IMG/VR virus record: IMGVR_UViG_3300006865_000001
Span: 1-60,285 of that record
Origin: a virus
Taxonomy: Duplodnaviria > Caudoviricetes
DNA: 60,285 nt
Reading direction: 5' to 3' (one strand)
Shown: piece after piece, positions 55,226-60,285 of the stretch
Layout: the number at the start of each line of letters is the position of its first letter
Position numbering within the stretch: the stretch's first letter is position 1
The notes under the pieces: generated by a model
The model's database searches: none
What the model was told of the DNA's origin: nothing
Seen by the model: only the letters and a program-made list of their open reading frames with translations
Program-made: the position numbers and the translations under genes

Positions 55226-55768
55226 TCACTTATACCGATCCAGCTCAAACGGCAGGTAGTCTGCCAAGTTACCGTTTAGATTGATGTTCTGCCGGACGAT
55301 TGGATCAACTCGGTCCTGGACCATTGACGCGGCTGCTAACATGTTCGTGTGAGAGGGGTATTGATTGTCAGTATGATCAATAACTTGGCCGGTCTTCCTG
55401 TCAATGGTGGTCCGTTCGCATACCATCGGCTTGCCTTTGAGTGTATTTTTCACAACTCGGCTAGCCAGACGCTGCATTTCGTCCGTTTGCAATGAATATT
55501 CTTGAGCTTTTTGGTTAATGCCTGTCAACGTCTGCTTGCCTGGAGGTCTACCGTTCACTAGGCTGTATGCCTCTTTAGCATCCACGCCATGCTCAACTAT
55601 CAGTTTTAGCGTCTGTTTAGTGTTCCTTGCCAATGCACCCTTGGGTTTTGCCGGTAACATGCGTGTTTTGCCATTCTTTGTGACATATGTCTTGCCTGAG
55701 TCGGTCGATGCTCTCACAGCGGGTGCCGTCGCTGCAAAAAATCCTTCTGGATCAAAGGGATCGGTCAT
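55226..55768 (-). CDS. hypothetical protein, candidate terminase small subunit
   Basis: AGGAGG RBS, basic, NINLNG C-terminal strand; upstream promoter TTGACA-18-TATTAT at 55853-55882. Confidence 0.5.
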   Translation of the reverse strand: MTDPFDPEGFFAATAPAVRASTDSGKTYVTKNGKTRMLPAKPKGALARNTKQTLKLIVEHGVDAKEAYSLVNGRPPGKQTLTGINQKAQEYSLQTDEMQRLASRVVKNTLKGKPMVCERTTIDRKTGQVIDHTDNQYPSHTNMLAAASMVQDRVDPIVRQNINLNGNLADYLPFELDRYK

Positions 55769-55967
55769 TATGTCCGCCTCCTGATGCGGGTGTGTACTCC
55801 ATGTACTCAGTGGTGTGTAGGTTATGTACTCAGTGGCTAATTGCTTTGCGGGATAATAGCGTATGGGTGCTCCGCGTGTCAAGCGGGATGATCACAGGTG
55901 GCGCTGCCCGGCGGTGTGACTGTGATGGGTGGTGGTGTGACGAGTGATCCGTTTGAACAGGGATATA

Positions 55968-56276
55968 AACCCCAGAACCAACTTTACTAACCCCAGAACG
56001 TTCTGGGGTGAAATAACCTAATGATATTGGTAAGTTCCAGCATTACGGAAAAACCCCAGAACGACGACTACTGGCTAAATAAAAATAGAAGAACAGTAGA
56101 TAGTAAACATGCTATCCTATCTCACCCTAATCTCTATATCTCTCTTCTCTCTCTCTACTAATATAGATATCCTTAAGGGGTTAAGGGGTTAGTAAAGCTA
56201 AGTAGCTGAAATCATTACAACCCCAGTACCCAGAGAGTAAAATGGTCCTATTCGGGGTTCGGGGGTTGTAATTTCA
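55968..56276. repeat. AT-rich non-coding region with AACCCCAG iteron-like repeats
   Basis: AACCCCAGAAC at 55968, 55989, 56052; 20-bp palindrome at 55990-56009; further GGGGTT copies. Confidence 0.8.
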
Positions 56277-56384
56277 ATGAGTTACGGCTGCTGCAGCATG
56301 ATCGGTGAGTTATCCGTTGTAATTTTTGTTTGGATATGCTATCAGCATAAAAAGCTGTTCACTATGCGAAGGATAGGAGACTAC

Positions 56385-57095
56385 GTGCAATACAAATGTC
56401 TGAAGTGCAATCATGTATGGTCTAGCGGGTTGGCTCATTCACCTAAACAATGCCCCTCGTGCAAGCGGAAAGATTGGGATGGTCTGCATAATAGCTCGGG
56501 TAAGCTGCTGGCTGTGCCGGTGGCGGCTGTACCTGCCGGCGGTGTGACGTGTGGCCGTTGCGGGTCAAGCTGGTCAAGTGGCAAGGCTGGTGTGACCGCT
56601 TGCCCGTTCTGTGGTGCGGCTGTGGGTGGTGCGGTGCCGGTGGCTGTGGGTGGTGCTGTCACTGGTGCGGCTGTCACACCCAGCGCGGTGGCGGTCGATC
56701 CGTTTGACCCGGATGGCATGTTTGACTCTGGTCGCTGTAACTGTCGTAAGTGCGGTAACTCGTGGTTGCCTCGCGTACCTAACCCTGCTCAGTGTCCTAA
56801 ATGCAAGTCGCGGGATTGGAGCGAGGCGGCATCGGCTGCGGCTCTTGACTCGCTGGTAAACCCGGTATGGCGGGATTGCGACAGGCGGCACGTGATGACG
56901 TTAATTGGTCCGTTGGGTGATGAAAATGGTATCCATCGGTTCATTGACTCGGCTAAAACCGGGCTGTGTCCAAAGTGTGGTTGGAATAACAATACAGGGG
57001 TTCAGGTGGGTATTGATAATCCTCAGCAACCTGGCGGCGATGCTGCTGAACAAATCAAGCGGGAATGGGAGTTAAAGCATGGAAAGAGATGGTGA
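56385..57095 (+). CDS. multi-zinc-ribbon protein
   Basis: Three CxxC..W...CPxC units plus CPKC; AGGAGA then GTG start. Confidence 0.7.
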   Translation: MQYKCLKCNHVWSSGLAHSPKQCPSCKRKDWDGLHNSSGKLLAVPVAAVPAGGVTCGRCGSSWSSGKAGVTACPFCGAAVGGAVPVAVGGAVTGAAVTPSAVAVDPFDPDGMFDSGRCNCRKCGNSWLPRVPNPAQCPKCKSRDWSEAASAAALDSLVNPVWRDCDRRHVMTLIGPLGDENGIHRFIDSAKTGLCPKCGWNNNTGVQVGIDNPQQPGGDAAEQIKREWELKHGKRW

Positions 57096-57285
57096 TAAGA
57101 CTAGGGCGCTGCGCGGGCTGACTGTAAGTCGTGGGCGGGACATAATGAAGGTGGTATATCCGAGTAAGCGCCGGTGTCGGGCGTGTGGTACGGATCGGCC
57201 TAGCAGATTGGCGTATGATGACCGGTGCATGGTTTGCGAGGGTAAACGGGCGGCGTGGTTGGCTGGTGGTGACGATGGGCGGTAG
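57079..57285 (+). CDS. small Zn-finger protein
   Basis: CRAC...CMVC. Confidence 0.45.
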   Translation: MERDGDKTRALRGLTVSRGRDIMKVVYPSKRRCRACGTDRPSRLAYDDRCMVCEGKRAAWLAGGDDGR

Positions 57286-57307
57286 TGGTGCCGGTACGTG
57301 AGCCGGT

Positions 57308-57655
57308 GTGATGGTTGACAGGATAAGGGGTGATACGATGGAAATTTACAACGTGCATGTGTTGGTGATGGATTATTCCTGCTGCGATGTGGTTCATGAA
57401 GATGAGACGATAATTATCGGGTTGGATCACGCTAAAGTTTGGTATGGTAAAATGCTGGAGCATGCCCAATCAGAATGGGGTAGCAGTTTGAATTGCACGA
57501 TAATCGTTGAACTGATAAAACCGTGGGTGTCAACTGCGACAGGGATACCGTGTGTCATAATTGGTGAGCCTGCTGTAGATCGGTATGTTCGGTTAGCGCC
57601 TGGTGCATCAGTGCTGCCTGAGGTGGGTATCCGGTGTAAGTTCGCAGGGCGGTGA
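57308..57655 (+). CDS. hypothetical protein
   Basis: ORF only. Confidence 0.45.
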   Translation: MMVDRIRGDTMEIYNVHVLVMDYSCCDVVHEDETIIIGLDHAKVWYGKMLEHAQSEWGSSLNCTIIVELIKPWVSTATGIPCVIIGEPAVDRYVRLAPGASVLPEVGIRCKFAGR

Positions 57656-57711
57656 GCGGTGGGACCCGGCGCAGTGTGGCGGCTGCGCCGGGTGGCTGGT
57701 GGGTGGGGGTG

Positions 57712-57870
57712 TCAGTAATCCGCCTCAATCCGCACGGTCACCCATTCCCAATAGCCTAAGCGGGTATCGTCGTTGGCTACTTCGTATTTCCAATCGTCAA
57801 GCGTGTACTCGGTATGTTCTCCCCATACTCCGCCGTTCTCGTTCGCTATTCTCTCCGCTTGCTCCGTCAT
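57712..57870 (-). CDS. small acidic hypothetical protein (not in ORF track)
   Basis: AAGGGGA RBS; MTEQAER...DWKYEVANDDTRLGYWEWV. Confidence 0.6.
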   Translation of the reverse strand: MTEQAERIANENGGVWGEHTEYTLDDWKYEVANDDTRLGYWEWVTVRIEADY

Positions 57871-57955
57871 GGTAATCCCCTTGCGCCGTGGCGCTACCCC
57901 CTATGCCATGTGATTATACACCATATTGCTATGCTGACGGCTGCTAGTATCTCAG

Positions 57956-58231
57956 TCATGGTTGCACCTGCTTGGTGGCTGGTGCAAGGGTGTCAAGGCA
58001 GTCAACAATAACCATGCGTCCCTGGGTTATAATGTAGGATGTGCCGCTGTTGCTGTAGCACATGACATAGACCCGATAGCGGCGGCGGGTCTCAGTGTCG
58101 ATCAGCATGAACGTAGTGGGTATCTTGCAGCCGTATCCGGTGCGGCTGCGGTTGACCGGCGCCTTGCGGGTCTGGATCGCGGTCACGCCGCCTGTTAGGT
58201 ATTCAAGGGATCCTCTGGTCTCGGTTGTCAT
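57956..58231 (-). CDS. early hypothetical protein
   Basis: GYG.KIPT...RYRVY.MCYSNSGT.Y. Confidence 0.65.
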   Translation of the reverse strand: MTTETRGSLEYLTGGVTAIQTRKAPVNRSRTGYGCKIPTTFMLIDTETRRRYRVYVMCYSNSGTSYIITQGRMVIVDCLDTLAPATKQVQP

Positions 58232-58234
58232 GGC

Positions 58235-58408
58235 TCATGGCTCCTTGGTCAGTGTAGGTTGCATCCAACCGGCGCGTTCCTCGGCGTGTCGCTCCTGGGC
58301 GGCTGCTGCCTGGGGTCGGGTGTCGTGTGCCGAGATGAAGCGCAGGACGTGCTGTTGGGTGGCGGCTCCGGTGTATTCCTGGGTTATTTGGTAGCGTCGG
58401 TCTCTCAT
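58235..58408 (-). CDS. early hypothetical protein
   Basis: AAGGAG RBS. Confidence 0.55.
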   Translation of the reverse strand: MRDRRYQITQEYTGAATQQHVLRFISAHDTRPQAAAAQERHAEERAGWMQPTLTKEP

Positions 58409-59352
58409 TGCACGGGCTCCTTGGTGGGCTCCCACAAGAAACCAATACGGTTCATGGTCTCGCGAAATTCAGCCATAAGCGCGGGTAATCTTGCCTCAAG
58501 TGCGGCCTTCAGGGTGTCGCTGGTCAATTCCTCGTCGGTCGCTTCAGGCCATACAGCACAACTCCTGGCGGCGTCAAGGTCGCGGGTTTTGCCGGTGCTG
58601 TATGCCGTGGGGATCATTACAAACTGGTGCGGAATTCTCAGCGCGGCGCAAAACTCCTCTGCCTCGTTTATTGTGTCAAACGGGCATTCATGCCATTTGA
58701 CATCGTACCCTTTGAACGTGTACTTATCCGCGAAAGAATAATCGTTCTTCTCTTTACCATGTGATACTGCTACGGGTTCAAAGCGCACATAATCAGGGTT
58801 GGTTTTAAGCGCCGTCGCGTTGAAATTTTCGGCTGCTATCAACCAATCATAAAACCTTTTTTCGATCTTCTGCGTAAGGGGTGACGATCCGAATCTGACG
58901 CCGTGCGCATAACTGCTCGGCTCTCCTGCTCGGCGGCCGCTGGCGTCGCGGCCGCTGGCGTGATACAGGGTATTAGCGACGTAATGCATAGGGCCGTCTG
59001 TGCTGGTAAGGTGCCATTTGGTGAGCGGTGCCAGTTCAGGGAAAATTTTGGCTATCTCTTCATGCATGCATCCCCCAGCTGCAATGTCTTTCTGGCGGCG
59101 GCTCTCTGCCGTGTAAACGTCTGCCGTGATGCTGAACGATTGGTGACCATTCTGGCATTCGTCGTCAAAGCGGATCGTCACAGACATCTGGCCATTGGTG
59201 CCGTAGCCGGTAACGGGGCGGCTTAGGCTCTTCCATGTCTGATTGCGGTGTACCATGTTGCCTCTCACTTCCTGCGGGGCGTGAATGGTAAACATTCTGC
59301 CGGTTACACCGTTGATGGTGTGTTCATGTTCTGCGATGGGATAGGTCGTCAT
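58405..59352 (-). CDS. early conserved hypothetical protein
   Basis: DDEC.NGH..FSITA, GGCMHEEI..FPEL, KWHL...GPMHY.AN. Confidence 0.75.
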   Translation of the reverse strand: MTTYPIAEHEHTINGVTGRMFTIHAPQEVRGNMVHRNQTWKSLSRPVTGYGTNGQMSVTIRFDDECQNGHQSFSITADVYTAESRRQKDIAAGGCMHEEIAKIFPELAPLTKWHLTSTDGPMHYVANTLYHASGRDASGRRAGEPSSYAHGVRFGSSPLTQKIEKRFYDWLIAAENFNATALKTNPDYVRFEPVAVSHGKEKNDYSFADKYTFKGYDVKWHECPFDTINEAEEFCAALRIPHQFVMIPTAYSTGKTRDLDAARSCAVWPEATDEELTSDTLKAALEARLPALMAEFRETMNRIGFLWEPTKEPVQ

Positions 59353-59430
59353 GTCATGCCTCCTGGCTGCTTGGCGCCGTGGCGCGTTGGTTACGTGTCG
59401 GGGGTGTGGCTGCCTCACGGCTGCGGGGTG

Positions 59431-59640
59431 CTAACGCTCACCCTTGGCGCGGTTGTCAAGTTTGCTGTCACATGCCAAAGCGTGCATGATACAGGATCCT
59501 AATTCCTTGGCCGCTTGGCTATAGGTAAGGTGGTCTTTAACCTGCAACCCATACGTTACGGTGAAGGAGTCTAGGCCGGTCTGCTCCAATTTGATTGGAA
59601 AGGCGGCATCGGTGAGTTCAAAGCAAGTGGTTCGTTTCAT
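59431..59640 (-). CDS. early hypothetical protein
   Basis: GGAGG RBS. Confidence 0.6.
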   Translation of the reverse strand: MKRTTCFELTDAAFPIKLEQTGLDSFTVTYGLQVKDHLTYSQAAKELGSCIMHALACDSKLDNRAKGER

Positions 59641-59867
59641 GGTTCGATCCTCCCTGCTCTCTGGTTCGGCTGCTCCTCTGAGCGGCTGCAGCGGGTTACG
59701 TCGATCCATGCGGTACCGGTGCCCGATACGGGGGTTACCTGCACGCGGGGCACTCCGTAGGCTGTCTTGGCGTCAAGTACGCGCATTGCAACGGTGAAAG
59801 AGCGGTCAAGGGTTACTAGGACGGTCTGTCCGATTGCCTGTTGTAATGTTGCGGCTGTGTATGTCAT
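59637..59867 (-). CDS. early hypothetical protein
   Basis: AAGGAG RBS. Confidence 0.6.
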   Translation of the reverse strand: MTYTAATLQQAIGQTVLVTLDRSFTVAMRVLDAKTAYGVPRVQVTPVSGTGTAWIDVTRCSRSEEQPNQRAGRIEP

Positions 59868-60046
59868 TGGCGTGGCTCCTTGGTGGTTGGCGGGTAGCCT
59901 AGCAGTTCAGCGGCTGCTTGTTCGGCTGTCAATTGCTTCTGCCATAATGTGGCGCGGATTTTGATTTGTCCGTTGATGCGGCTGTAGATGTAAACTAGCA
60001 TGTGGCTGGCTCCTGTCTGCTGTCGTTATCCGTTGTAGGTGATAGG

Positions 60047-60075
60047 ACAATAACACCGTTGCAATTACCTGTCAA
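60047..60075 (-). promoter_or_regulatory. strong early sigma70-type promoter
   Basis: TTGACA-17-TATTGT with an AT-rich UP-like tract upstream. Confidence 0.75.
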
Positions 60076-60162
60076 TCATTTATTTACAATTTATTTTCAG
60101 GGGGTGGTTTTTACTGGTCGCGGGATCGCTGCGGAGCTGGTGTGGTTATATAGTATAGCGCT

Positions 60163-60285
60163 GTCGATCGGAGCTCCACCTCCAGGTCGATCGGAGCTCC
60201 ACCTCCAGGTCGATCGGAGCTCCACCTCCAGGTCGATCGGAGCTCCACCTCCAGGTCGATCGGAGCTCCACCTCCAGGTCGATCG
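60163..60285. repeat. 23-bp tandem repeat array, same unit and orientation as 1-123
   Basis: Exact 23-nt period up to the window end. Confidence 0.98.

Noticed and set aside
60163-60285. Hairpin telomere or inverted terminal repeat
   Set aside because: The ends are direct, not inverted, and no protelomerase or terminal-protein gene was recognised.

Overview
The window looks like a complete or near-complete genome of about 60 kb from a tailed dsDNA bacteriophage, podovirus-like, opened inside a 23-bp tandem-repeat array that forms both ends. The left arm has divergent replication and early modules: NrS-1-like primase-polymerase fused to an SF3 helicase, C5-methyltransferase-like protein, VRR-NUC nuclease, HNH, SF2 helicase, Nmad5, DUF2800 Cas4-like nuclease, DUF2815 SSB, MazG, family-B DNA polymerase, YopX and an Hc1 histone-like protein. 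A long minus-strand late region carries P22-like terminase (with a class 3 intein), portal, scaffold, coat, gp4/gp10-like tail proteins, ejection proteins, beta-helix spikes and a GH108 endolysin. The right arm has a serine resolvase, an Ntn-hydrolase, a multi-zinc-ribbon protein, an iteron-like AT-rich region and small early genes. The four most unusual observations are: (1) a separately promoted two-gene radical-SAM cassette (B12-binding rSAM plus a compact MJ0619/Tes-like rSAM) inserted in the tail-gene block, in a genome that also has a capsid-linked glycosyltransferase and a PAPS-reductase-family moron; (2) a shared peptide motif D-[P/L]-F-D-P-x-G-h-h in four unrelated proteins; (3) signal peptides on several spike-like proteins and the endolysin; (4) the terminal 23-bp array. 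All family calls come from motif recognition by eye, not from database searches.
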